Source: Candidatus Nanoarchaeia archaeon (GTDB taxonomy: Archaea; Nanobdellota; Nanobdellia; Woesearchaeales; ARS49). Taken from it: a stretch of DNA of 39,167 nt. Position numbers and translations under genes: made by a program. The DNA lies in the NCBI GenBank assembly GCA_041484255.1, contig JBGPHE010000003.1, positions 1 through 39,167 on the forward strand, written 5' to 3'. This document shows, in pieces, positions 9,203 through 17,850 of the stretch. A model generated the notes under the pieces. It ran no database searches, had not been told where the DNA came from, and was given only the letters and a program-made list of their open reading frames with translations. Every line of letters begins with the position of its first letter. Positions within the stretch are counted from its first letter, which is position 1.

Positions 9203-10323
9203 GGGGTCTCCTCTGCTTTCTCAACGCGCTCCCAGGTGATTGGCTCTTCGGGCTTGATGTCATGGCAGGCGCAATATCCGCTGACGAGCGCAAAATAATG
9301 CTTCGGCTCAAGGCCTTCCCGCACTTCGCCGGGCCTGAGCACGGCAAGATTTGCAGGCGTCAGGCGTTCGCCTTTCCTGATGGGCGCGACTGCAAAGATG
9401 CGGCGCTGCGTGAACGAGCGTAGGTAGCGCTCGTGTTCGCTCACGGTTTTCTGCGCAGAACCAAGAATCTCATCCCTGACCGCCACCTGCCTGCCTGCGG
9501 CGATGTTCTTTTCTGCAGCGCGGATGTCTGCGACCATCTGCTTCAGCTCCTGTGGCTCGAGCGCGAAGAAGTGGTCCGGGCCCTCCATCTTCTTGCCGAG
9601 CGTGATATGCTTCTCAATAATTTTGGCGCCTTTGACGATTGCAGTGACCGGAGCCGCAGATGGCTCTGCAGTGTGGTCAGAATAGCCGATGACTGTGTCG
9701 GGAAATTCCATGCGCAGAGTATTGAGTACGTTCATGTTGACGATGTCCAGCGGCACCGGGTATTTGATGACGCAGTGCAGGATGGCGACCTTGTCGGTGT
9801 GTCTGCGCACGGCAGCATACGCGTCTCTGATCTCTTCCAAGGTCGCGCCGCCGGTCGAGAGAATGACTGGCTTGCCTTTGCGAGCGACGTGTTCGAGCAA
9901 CGGCAGGTGCGTGATCTCTGGCGATGGTATCTTAAAGAGCCCGATTCCGCGCTGTTCCAAGGCGTCTGCGGAATCCTCGTCACATGCGCTCGAAAAAAAG
10001 ATGACGCCCTTCTGTTCCGCGTACTGTTTGAGCTCAGGAATCCATTCCAGCGGCATTTCCATGGTCTTGACCTTGTCGCGAATGGTATACGTGTAGGTAT
10101 TCGCGGCGTCTTGCCAGGTCACCTTGCCGGCGGCATGCGGATACATCCTGTCTGCGACAAAAGTCTGGAACTTGACGGCATCACAGCCCGCATCGGCTGC
10201 AGCATCAATGAGCTTCTTCGCAAGCTCGAGCTTGCCATTGTGGTTAATACCGATTTCCGCAATGATAAAGCAAGGGCTATCTGCGCCTATCGTTCGCGTT
10301 CCGACCTTGAATGCTGCGTTCAT
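9199..10323 (-). CDS. N-acetylneuraminate/nonulosonate synthase (NeuB/SpsE/PseI family) with C-terminal SAF domain
   Basis: FIIAEIGINHNG, DAVKFQTF, KIPSPEITHLPLL, IGYSDHT, IEKHITL, GPDH; C-terminal IRKGERLT..NLAVLRPG. Confidence 0.95.
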   Translation of the reverse strand: MNAAFKVGTRTIGADSPCFIIAEIGINHNGKLELAKKLIDAAADAGCDAVKFQTFVADRMYPHAAGKVTWQDAANTYTYTIRDKVKTMEMPLEWIPELKQYAEQKGVIFFSSACDEDSADALEQRGIGLFKIPSPEITHLPLLEHVARKGKPVILSTGGATLEEIRDAYAAVRRHTDKVAILHCVIKYPVPLDIVNMNVLNTLRMEFPDTVIGYSDHTAEPSAAPVTAIVKGAKIIEKHITLGKKMEGPDHFFALEPQELKQMVADIRAAEKNIAAGRQVAVRDEILGSAQKTVSEHERYLRSFTQRRIFAVAPIRKGERLTPANLAVLRPGEVREGLEPKHYFALVSGYCACHDIKPEEPITWERVEKAEETP

Positions 10324-11477
10324 TTCTTGAGCGCTTCCTTGAGCGCATCCACGACATAGCGGACATCGCTCTCCGTCATCCCGGGATACAGCGGGATGGA
10401 GAGCTCGCGGTCAAACAAGTATTCCGTGTTCGGGAAGTCGCCTTTCGTGTACCTGTACGTCTTCTGGTAGTAGGGATGCAAATGCAGGGGGATGAAATGC
10501 ACGCTCGTTCCGACATTGAGCTCGCGCAGCTTGGCAATCACTGCGTCGCGCGAGACTCCTGCGGCGTTCCAGTCCACCTGAAGCGGGTATAAATGGTATG
10601 TGTGGCGCGTGTACGCGTGCGATACCGGCGTCGTCACGTGCGGCACGCCTTTGAGCAGCGCGTCGTACAGCGTGGCGAGCTCGCGCCGTTTTGCAATGAA
10701 CGACTCGAGCTTCTTGAGCTGTTCGACGCCGAGCGTGCCCTGGATATTGTCCATGTTGTATTTGTAGCCGAGCTCGATAATCTCGTAATACCACGTTCCC
10801 TTGTTGGTGTAGCGGTTGAACGCGTCCTTGTCCACACCGAAATATGCGAAGCGGCGGAGCTTCTTGCCGAGCTCCTCGTTGTTCGTGACCATCATGCCGC
10901 CTTCGCCGGTCGTCATGTTCTTGGTCGCGTAGAAGCTGAACACGGTGACATCGCCGAAGTTTCCGATTTTCTTGCCTTTGTACTCGGTGCCAACGGCGTG
11001 CGCGGCGTCCTCAATCACGGCAAGCTTGTGTTTTTTAGCGATAGCCATGATCGCATCCATGTCGCACGCATGGCCTGCGAAGTGCACCGGGATGATCGCT
11101 TTGGTTCGGGGCGTGATTGCCGTTTCTATTGCCTTCGGATCAATGTTAAACGTGTCCTTCTCGACGTCCACAAGCACGGGCTTGGCGCCGAGCCACGCCA
11201 CGACATGCGCGGTCGCGGCAAAGGTATACGCGGGAACGATGACTTCGTCTCCTGCGCCGATGCCGAGCGCGGCGAGCGCGACGTGCATGCCGCCGGTGCA
11301 GGACGTGAGACCGATAGCTGTTTTGCAGCCCGTGTACCCCTGCATGTTCTGCTCGAACTCCTTGACCTTTGGCCCGGTAGTGAGCCAGCCTGACTTGAGG
11401 ACGTCGGTGACCGCGTTAATCTCCTCTGGCCCAATCATTGGCTTTGCGATAAGCAGGAAGTCGGCGCGCTTCTGCAT
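10320..11477 (-). CDS. DegT/DnrJ/EryC1/StrS PLP aminotransferase (SpsC/PseC-like)
   Basis: SGWLTTGPKV, AIIPVHFAG, IEDAAHA, FSFYATKNMTTGEGG, GYKYNM; start at ATG 11477. Confidence 0.95.
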   Translation of the reverse strand: MQKRADFLLIAKPMIGPEEINAVTDVLKSGWLTTGPKVKEFEQNMQGYTGCKTAIGLTSCTGGMHVALAALGIGAGDEVIVPAYTFAATAHVVAWLGAKPVLVDVEKDTFNIDPKAIETAITPRTKAIIPVHFAGHACDMDAIMAIAKKHKLAVIEDAAHAVGTEYKGKKIGNFGDVTVFSFYATKNMTTGEGGMMVTNNEELGKKLRRFAYFGVDKDAFNRYTNKGTWYYEIIELGYKYNMDNIQGTLGVEQLKKLESFIAKRRELATLYDALLKGVPHVTTPVSHAYTRHTYHLYPLQVDWNAAGVSRDAVIAKLRELNVGTSVHFIPLHLHPYYQKTYRYTKGDFPNTEYLFDRELSIPLYPGMTESDVRYVVDALKEALKK

Positions 11478-11479
11478 GC

Positions 11480-12421
11480 TCAGTACCTCTCCGGATGCGC
11501 GGCAATCTCTTTCGCGACCATCGCGAGCCCGTCTTCGACCTTCACGTGAGCGGTGAAGCCGAGGAGTTTTTCGGCTTTGGTCGTGTCTGCCTTGCGCTTG
11601 GTAACGAGCACTTCGCGCGGCACGAAGACCGGCTTGATGTCCTTGCCCAGCGACTTGATAATGATGTCCGCGAGCTGCGCAATCGTGGTCGAGACTCCGG
11701 TGCCCACGTTGTACGCCTGGTTCACGTGCTGCGTCTTCATCGCGCAAATATTCGCCCGGACGACGTCCGAAACATGCGTGAAGTCCATGGACTGATCGCC
11801 CTTGCCGTCGATGCTCGGCGGCTGGTTGGCCATGATGCGCTTGATGAAGTTCGTGACCACGGTCGTGTAATACGCGTGCGCCGCCTGGCGCGCGCCGTAC
11901 ACGTTGAAGTAGCGCAGCGCTACCCACTGCAGCCCCTTCTTCTGCAAGTGCTGGAGCAGGTGCTCGCAGTACAGCTTTGCCGCACCGTACGGCTCTGCAG
12001 GGTAAAGCTGGTCGTCCTCGTGCATCGGCATCTTGCGCGGCTCGCCGTAGACGCTCGACGACGAGGAGAAGATGACGCGCTTTACCTTATGCAGCAGCGC
12101 CGAGATGAACACGTTGTACGAGCCCTTGATATCAATGTCAATGCACTCATCCGGCGACTTCGCGCTCTGGAAGATGTGGATGGCCGCGGTGTGGAAGACG
12201 TAGTCCACGCCCTGCATCGCCTCGTCGACGATGTCGCGGGAGCGGATGTCGCCCTCGATGAACTTGACCTTGCCCTGGTCGATCAAGGGCTTGATGCTGG
12301 CGAGCTTGCCCTTGTTGAGCGTGTCCAGAACGACAACTTCGTCGAACTTCTCTTCGTTGACCAATGCCTCGACAATGTGGCTGCCAATAAACCCTGCTCC
12401 TCCGGTTACGAGTGCTTTCAT
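11480..12421 (-). CDS. NAD-dependent epimerase/dehydratase (extended SDR)
   Basis: LVTGGAGFIGSH, SSSSSVYG, YGAAK, LRYFNVYG, DFTHVSD. Confidence 0.93.
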   Translation of the reverse strand: MKALVTGGAGFIGSHIVEALVNEEKFDEVVVLDTLNKGKLASIKPLIDQGKVKFIEGDIRSRDIVDEAMQGVDYVFHTAAIHIFQSAKSPDECIDIDIKGSYNVFISALLHKVKRVIFSSSSSVYGEPRKMPMHEDDQLYPAEPYGAAKLYCEHLLQHLQKKGLQWVALRYFNVYGARQAAHAYYTTVVTNFIKRIMANQPPSIDGKGDQSMDFTHVSDVVRANICAMKTQHVNQAYNVGTGVSTTIAQLADIIIKSLGKDIKPVFVPREVLVTKRKADTTKAEKLLGFTAHVKVEDGLAMVAKEIAAHPERY

Positions 12422-13281
12422 GAGAGTTCTCCTCCTTCATTCTTCATTGCGATAAGCATGTCATTGAACGTCGTCAGCGGGAAGTCGATGAGCGTGTTGA
12501 GCTTGTCCGCGTTCAGGCTGCTGTTCTTGGGAATGTTCAGGTTGGCGCACGGGGCAATGCCATATGCTTTGGTGACGCCGAACACGCGCTCGATGCGCTT
12601 GGCCATCTCCGCATAGCTCAGGGATTCACGTGAAGACACGTGAATGATGCCGCGGCAGTCGCGCTCGATGAACGCGCGCACGACCTTGCCGATGTCATTG
12701 ACAAAGGTTGGCGAGCGGAACGCATCCTTGAAGACAGTCATGCGCTGAGTCGACTTCAGGAAGGTCGTGACGAAGTTGTCATGGTCGTCTTTGTCCTTGG
12801 GCCCGAGCACGATGGAACAGCGAATGATGATGAAGTCAGGATACGCCTGCACGAACTTCTCGCCTTCAAGCTTGCTTCTGCCGTAATCGTTGACCGGATT
12901 GGGCACGTCGGTTTCCGCGTAATTCCCTGTTTTGCCGTCGAATACCTGGCTGCTGGAGAAGAAGATGACTTTCGGGGAAAGTTGCAGCTCGGTGAGCGCG
13001 CTGACCACGTTCGAAACGCCGGAGACATTGACGCGCTGGAGCTGTTCCTGAGGCGCGCTCGTGCTCGAGACTGCCGCGACCAGGATGATGACCTCGGGCT
13101 TGATTTGCTGCAGCAGCGCCTTGACCGCGCGCTTGTCCGCGATGTCGAGCTGTTCCTGCCGGTGCAGAGCAGGGTTTTTCTTTTCGTGATACGTGCCGAC
13201 GAGAGCGCATGCCCCGTGCAGCGCGCGGGCAACGGATTTGCCGATGAACGAGTTTGCACCGATGAGGAGGACGGTCTTCAT
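12418..13281 (-). CDS. RmlD-like SDR (dTDP-4-dehydrorhamnose reductase family)
   Basis: LIGANSFIG, SSSQVFDG..GNYAETD.PNPVNDYGRSKLEGE, RSPTFV.D; ATGA overlap with nadE. Confidence 0.88.
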   Translation of the reverse strand: MKTVLLIGANSFIGKSVARALHGACALVGTYHEKKNPALHRQEQLDIADKRAVKALLQQIKPEVIILVAAVSSTSAPQEQLQRVNVSGVSNVVSALTELQLSPKVIFFSSSQVFDGKTGNYAETDVPNPVNDYGRSKLEGEKFVQAYPDFIIIRCSIVLGPKDKDDHDNFVTTFLKSTQRMTVFKDAFRSPTFVNDIGKVVRAFIERDCRGIIHVSSRESLSYAEMAKRIERVFGVTKAYGIAPCANLNIPKNSSLNADKLNTLIDFPLTTFNDMLIAMKNEGGELS

Positions 13282-14876
13282 TGCTTCCACCGGTTTGTGA
13301 TCGGGAACCTTCTTCCCGAGCCGAACGCTTTTGAGGTCACGCGCAGGCCGAGCGCGGCTTGCGCGCGCTTGTATTCGTTGCTGCGCACGAGCTTCGCGAC
13401 ATGCGCCACAGTCGCCGGGTCGTGGCCCTTGCCAATGATGGCATTCGTGTCTAAGTTCTGGTCGACGAACAGCTCGAGGATGGGGTCGAGGATATCGTAC
13501 TCGGGCAGGCTGTCCGAATCCTTCTGGTTCGGACGTAATTCTGCGGACGGCGCCTTGTCGATGGTGCTTTCAGGAATGATAGTTCTGCCGCGCTGCGAGT
13601 TATACCAGCGCGCGAGCGCATAGACCTTCACCTTCGGCAAGTCAGATATGACTGCGAGCCCGCCGCACATGTCACCGTAGAGCGTGCAGTAGCCGCACGC
13701 GAGCTCGCTCTTGTTGCCGGTGGAGAGGACGAGATGGCCGAACTTGTTGGATATCGCCATGAGGATGGCGCCGCGGATGCGCGCCTGCAGGTTTTCTTCA
13801 GCGACATTGGGCTGCGCGCCGCTGAAGATGCCTGACAGCGTGGAAAGGTAAGCGGCGAAGACTTGCTCAATGGGGACGGTCTTGATATCGATGCCGAGGT
13901 TCTTCGCGAGCGCGACCGCGTCGTCGACGCTGCCAGCTGACGAGAACCTGCTGGGCATGGTGATGCCGAGCACGTTCTCCTTGCCCAATGCCTCTGCCGC
14001 GAGCACGGCAACGAGCGCAGAGTCGATGCCGCCGCTCAGCCCGATGACCGCCTTGGTGAACCCGTTCTTGCGGAAGTAGTCGCGGATGCCGAGCACGAGC
14101 GCCTTGAAGATATGCTCGGTGTCGTTGATCGCGCCATTGGTACGCGGCTGCTGCGCCGCGATATCGATGGTAAACAGCCCTTCCTCGAAGCTCGGCGCCT
14201 CAAAGAGTTTGGCGCCTGTCGCGCTGAAGAAGTAGCTGTGGCCGTCAAAAAGCAGATCGTCCTGGCCGCCGATGAGGTTGCAGTACGCAATGGCGACTTT
14301 GTTTTTTGCCGCGCGGGCGCTGAGGACGTTCTGCTCGCGGATGCGCTCCTTGCCTTCGGCATATGGCGAGGCAGAGATGTTCACGACCAGCTGCGCGCCC
14401 TTCCGGGCGAGCTCTTCGACCGGCCCGTCAAGCCAGACATCCTCGCAGATCGTGACGCCGACGTTTGTACCCGCAATGGCAAAAAGCCGCGCGTCGCGCG
14501 CAGGAGCGAAATACCGCTTCTCATCAAAAACGTCGTAGTTCGGCAAATGCATCTTGTGCTGCACGCCAAGCAGTTTCCGGTCCTGCACGACCGCTGCGGC
14601 ATTGAAGAGCGCGTCATCCGTGCGGTCGACAAAGCCGATGACTGCCGTGATGCCAGTGGTATGCGGAAGGATGTCCTGCAGCGCCGCGAGGTTCGCATCG
14701 ATGAATTTCTTCTGCAACAGCAGATCCTTGGGCGGGTAGCCAACCAGGACAAGCTCGGGAAACACCACGAGTTCGGCGCCCTGCGTGCGCGCGTCCTGCA
14801 ACGCAGCAATAACCTTGGATGCATTGCCTGCAATGTCCCCCACGGTCGGATTGAGCTGCGCAAAACAGAGCTTCAT
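13278..14876 (-). CDS. nadE: Glutamine-dependent NAD+ synthetase (nitrilase domain plus synthetase domain)
   Basis: VFPEL, K.HLPNYDVFDEKRYF, TICEDVW (E-K-C triad); GLSGGIDSA, ENLQARIRG, STGNKSE, TLYGD, PSAELRPNQKD, EYKRAQ. Confidence 0.93.
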   Translation of the reverse strand: MKLCFAQLNPTVGDIAGNASKVIAALQDARTQGAELVVFPELVLVGYPPKDLLLQKKFIDANLAALQDILPHTTGITAVIGFVDRTDDALFNAAAVVQDRKLLGVQHKMHLPNYDVFDEKRYFAPARDARLFAIAGTNVGVTICEDVWLDGPVEELARKGAQLVVNISASPYAEGKERIREQNVLSARAAKNKVAIAYCNLIGGQDDLLFDGHSYFFSATGAKLFEAPSFEEGLFTIDIAAQQPRTNGAINDTEHIFKALVLGIRDYFRKNGFTKAVIGLSGGIDSALVAVLAAEALGKENVLGITMPSRFSSAGSVDDAVALAKNLGIDIKTVPIEQVFAAYLSTLSGIFSGAQPNVAEENLQARIRGAILMAISNKFGHLVLSTGNKSELACGYCTLYGDMCGGLAVISDLPKVKVYALARWYNSQRGRTIIPESTIDKAPSAELRPNQKDSDSLPEYDILDPILELFVDQNLDTNAIIGKGHDPATVAHVAKLVRSNEYKRAQAALGLRVTSKAFGSGRRFPITNRWKQ

Positions 14877-16207
14877 GCACGCTCCAGCCAGCAGGCGTCG
14901 CCTGCCTGGTGGTATTCCATCTGGCTCGGGAACGGCAAGTCTGCCCAGACGCCCATGTTGTCCATCAGCAATTTGCAGTTCGCCAGATTGTCCACAATCA
15001 GTTTCTTGCCGACGGAACGGTACTGCATGTGGCCTGCGACGAGGAGCACGGCGTCGAATTCCTTGAGGTCTGTGGGGAACTCGAATGTCGGAACGCCAAG
15101 GATTTGCTTGATCTCCTCATTCGTATAATAGGGGTCGTTGACTTTCACGTTCACGCCGGCCTCTTTGAGGCCCTTGACAATGGCGAGTGCTGGGCTGAGC
15201 ACGTGCACTTTCAGGTCGGGCGCGTACGCGATACCGAGCACGGCGACGTTCTTGACCTTGCGCTTGAGCAAGCTCGCAACCACGCGTTCGGGCTGCGAAA
15301 AGTCAGTCTTCAACGACGCCTGCAAAATGGTGAGCTCCTCAGGATGCTTGGCGCCCTCGAGCACGTACTGTGGCGCGAGCGGGATGCAGTAGCCGCCGGT
15401 GCCGAAGGACGGGTGATACGTTCCCATATTCCACTTTGTGCCCGCCTGCTTGAGAATTTCAGTCATGTCCAAGTCAGGATACGCCAGCGAAAGCTGGTTG
15501 GCCAGCGTGATCTCCACCTGGCGGTAGGCGTTCTCGATGCTCTTCACAATGGCTGCGTGCTTGTGGTCCTTTGCCTGGTAGACAGTCTTACACACGATGC
15601 CAATCACCTCTGCGGTGAGCTTGGTTGTCTCGGGCGTGCTTCCGCCCACGACGCGCGGCAGGGTCTCGAGCGTTTTGTCCGGGCTCACGAACCAGTCGCG
15701 GCGCGGCGCCACTGCAAGCAGGATGTCCTTGCCCACAGTGACGCCGTTCTTTTCAAACAACGGGATGACAATCGCGTCGACCGCGGTCGGCGTGAGCGTG
15801 CTCTCGATGATGACCAATGGCGGGTGGTCGAGCTTCAGGTTCTTGAAGCCTGACAGCTTGACCACAACGTCCTTGAGGTATTCAAAATACGGCTTGCCGT
15901 GCCGTTCGGTCGGGATGGAAATCAAGTGCACGGCGACCTTGGGATCAATGAGCTTCTTCCAGTCCGTGGTCGCGTCCAGCAATCCGGACTGCGCAAGAAG
16001 TTTCGTGTCAAACGCGAGCCAGTATTCAAGATTGGGAATTTCAGGCTTGCCCTTTTGGACATCCTTGACACGGCTCTCGCTGATATCCGTGCCCAGGCAG
16101 TGCACGCCTGCCTTTGCAAAGTATGCCATCGATGAGAATCCGATGAAGCCAATGCCCCAGTTTCCGATGATTTTGTCGCCGTTCAGCAGCTGTTGTTTCA
16201 GGTTCAT
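14873..16207 (-). CDS. Nucleotide-sugar 6-dehydrogenase (UDP-glucose/GDP-mannose dehydrogenase family; WecC/WbpA-like, divergent)
   Basis: GIGFIG, IESTL.P, KSIENAYR, GTGGYCIP (catalytic Cys), LGIAY, DPY. Confidence 0.88.
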   Translation of the reverse strand: MNLKQQLLNGDKIIGNWGIGFIGFSSMAYFAKAGVHCLGTDISESRVKDVQKGKPEIPNLEYWLAFDTKLLAQSGLLDATTDWKKLIDPKVAVHLISIPTERHGKPYFEYLKDVVVKLSGFKNLKLDHPPLVIIESTLTPTAVDAIVIPLFEKNGVTVGKDILLAVAPRRDWFVSPDKTLETLPRVVGGSTPETTKLTAEVIGIVCKTVYQAKDHKHAAIVKSIENAYRQVEITLANQLSLAYPDLDMTEILKQAGTKWNMGTYHPSFGTGGYCIPLAPQYVLEGAKHPEELTILQASLKTDFSQPERVVASLLKRKVKNVAVLGIAYAPDLKVHVLSPALAIVKGLKEAGVNVKVNDPYYTNEEIKQILGVPTFEFPTDLKEFDAVLLVAGHMQYRSVGKKLIVDNLANCKLLMDNMGVWADLPFPSQMEYHQAGDACWLERA

Positions 16208-16345
16208 GATGTCTTCCCCCCTACGTTAGTATGGCCCACTGCCCGCAAGCCCTTTATTAATTTTATGGACGTGTGCGCGCTTTTTATGAAGAGTGCGTTT
16301 CAGGGAAAGGTATAAAAAGGCCAGACGCCTTTCTGCAGGCTTGAG

Positions 16346-16549
16346 ATGACGCGCACCAAAAGCTCCGACGATAATGTGGTGTATTCTATCTGCCCTCACT
16401 GCAAGAACGTCCGCAAGAAGGTGAATGGCAAGTTCACCATTATCAAACGGGGCATCGAAAGGAACGGACTTGCGCGCTTTTTTTGCCTGCAATGTAAGAG
16501 CTGGTATAACGGGCGGACCGGCAATGCAATGCAGTGGTATGCGCGCTAA
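16346..16549 (+). CDS. Small Zn-ribbon protein resembling the IS1 (InsA)/IS1595 transposase zinc ribbon, stand-alone
   Basis: CPHC...IIKRG..RNG.ARFFCLQC...Y..RTG; TATAAAAA at 16311-16318; no DDE ORF follows. Confidence 0.65.
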   Translation: MTRTKSSDDNVVYSICPHCKNVRKKVNGKFTIIKRGIERNGLARFFCLQCKSWYNGRTGNAMQWYAR

Positions 16550-16573
16550 AAAGCAGACGTTTTCTGAAGAATA

Positions 16574-17761
16574 TCAGCAACCGAGCATCTGATACGCGAG
16601 CTTCGCGACGTTCTCGGTCGCCTTGCCGCTCACGGCAAACGGCTTGAACGCGCTCTTCTGCAGCAGTGCATCCTGCATGCTGCCGAGCAAGTACTCCTTG
16701 CGGTCGACGCATCGCACGACGCCGAGGTCAGAAAACGGCGCGGCATAATTAGTCTTGCCCGGCAGGCGTCTCATCTGCAAACTTACCGCAGGCTTGTCCA
16801 GCATCGCCGCCTCGGCGAGCAGCGAGCTTGTCGGACTGCAGAACATATCCGACGCGAGAATGTACTGGTGCGCGGGATTATCCAATGACTTTTCCAGATC
16901 AGAATGCCGCGGGTTTTCCGAGTTGAACAGGACGGTGTGCACGCCAAGCGACTGTGCTCGCGCGACATGCGCATCATACCGGTCAGGCCAGTCCTTGCGC
17001 TCGCGCGGGTGCATGCGGATGAACAATTGCGGCACGGGATTCAGCGCGGCGAGCGCCGGAATGAGCTCATCGAGCACGGTGCGGTCGGTGAAGCCGAGGA
17101 ATTTGTCCGTGGTCTGGCCGAAGTCTGGCTCGAGCCAGCTGGTCGCGTAGAAGACTGCGGGCTTTCCCTGCTCAAGACCCAGCGTTGCGCGGATGCGCAC
17201 CTGGTCGTTGTCCGTGAACATCGCGCGCCGCTGGGCAATGCTGTCGTGTGCAGGATTGCCAGTCTCAACCAACCGCCGCTGCAATTCATCCGGCATGCCG
17301 TCATCGACGAATCCATTACGGGCGTACTGATCCATGATCGCGATCTTCGTGGGCAGATAACACCAGCGCTTATCGGTGTCAGTATTGTGGAATCGGATGC
17401 CGTAGTTCATCCAGGCGTCGAGCACGGAAATCGTGGGAATCCCGAGCGTGTTCGCGGCAGCCACGACCTGCTTGTCCCAGACGTGCGCCTCGTCGTGCTT
17501 CTCTTCCTTCGCGGCGGTGCCGGTGATGACGAGCGCGGGCTTGACCGCGCCGAGCACCCATTGCGCAGTCTCATACGAAGGCCGCGCATACGCCTGCTCA
17601 AGAACGGTGTGCGGTTCCTTCTGCCAAGCAGGGCTCACGACATCGTAGGCGATTGCGGTGAAGTCTGCTTTGCGGTCCCTGCGGAACGCCTCGAACAACG
17701 GAAACAGCGCATTGCCCCCTCCGCAGTGGCCGGCGGTCAACAAGATGGTGGGTTTGCTCAT
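16574..17761 (-). CDS. GT-B-fold polysaccharide-biosynthesis protein (TagF/SpsB-like)
   Basis: GGGNA, LDAWMNY..RF, ETGNPAHD, IRMHPRE, SSLLAEAAMLDKP; start ATG 17761, 22 nt after CATATAAG. Confidence 0.65.
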   Translation of the reverse strand: MSKPTILLTAGHCGGGNALFPLFEAFRRDRKADFTAIAYDVVSPAWQKEPHTVLEQAYARPSYETAQWVLGAVKPALVITGTAAKEEKHDEAHVWDKQVVAAANTLGIPTISVLDAWMNYGIRFHNTDTDKRWCYLPTKIAIMDQYARNGFVDDGMPDELQRRLVETGNPAHDSIAQRRAMFTDNDQVRIRATLGLEQGKPAVFYATSWLEPDFGQTTDKFLGFTDRTVLDELIPALAALNPVPQLFIRMHPRERKDWPDRYDAHVARAQSLGVHTVLFNSENPRHSDLEKSLDNPAHQYILASDMFCSPTSSLLAEAAMLDKPAVSLQMRRLPGKTNYAAPFSDLGVVRCVDRKEYLLGSMQDALLQKSAFKPFAVSGKATENVAKLAYQMLGC

Positions 17762-17806
17762 GTTCAGACGCACAAGAATGCGCCTTATATGGCTTCGGCA
17801 CAAATG

Positions 17807-17821
17807 CATAAACTTTATAAG
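17807..17821 (+). promoter_or_regulatory. BRE/TATA element CATAAACTTTATAAG (copy 1)
   Basis: Identical 15-mer recurs at 18754-18768; lies upstream of ATG 17851. Confidence 0.7.
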
Positions 17822-17850
17822 CCGTCCACAAGCAGTCCGCACTGAAGATT

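Noticed and set aside
11478-11927. 149-aa extension of the aminotransferase ORF, suggesting a fusion or frameshift
   Set aside because: Alternate-frame read of the epimerase gene; family similarity starts at MQKRADF
16300-16575. Intact IS element
   Set aside because: No DDE transposase, terminal inverted repeats or exact target duplication seen
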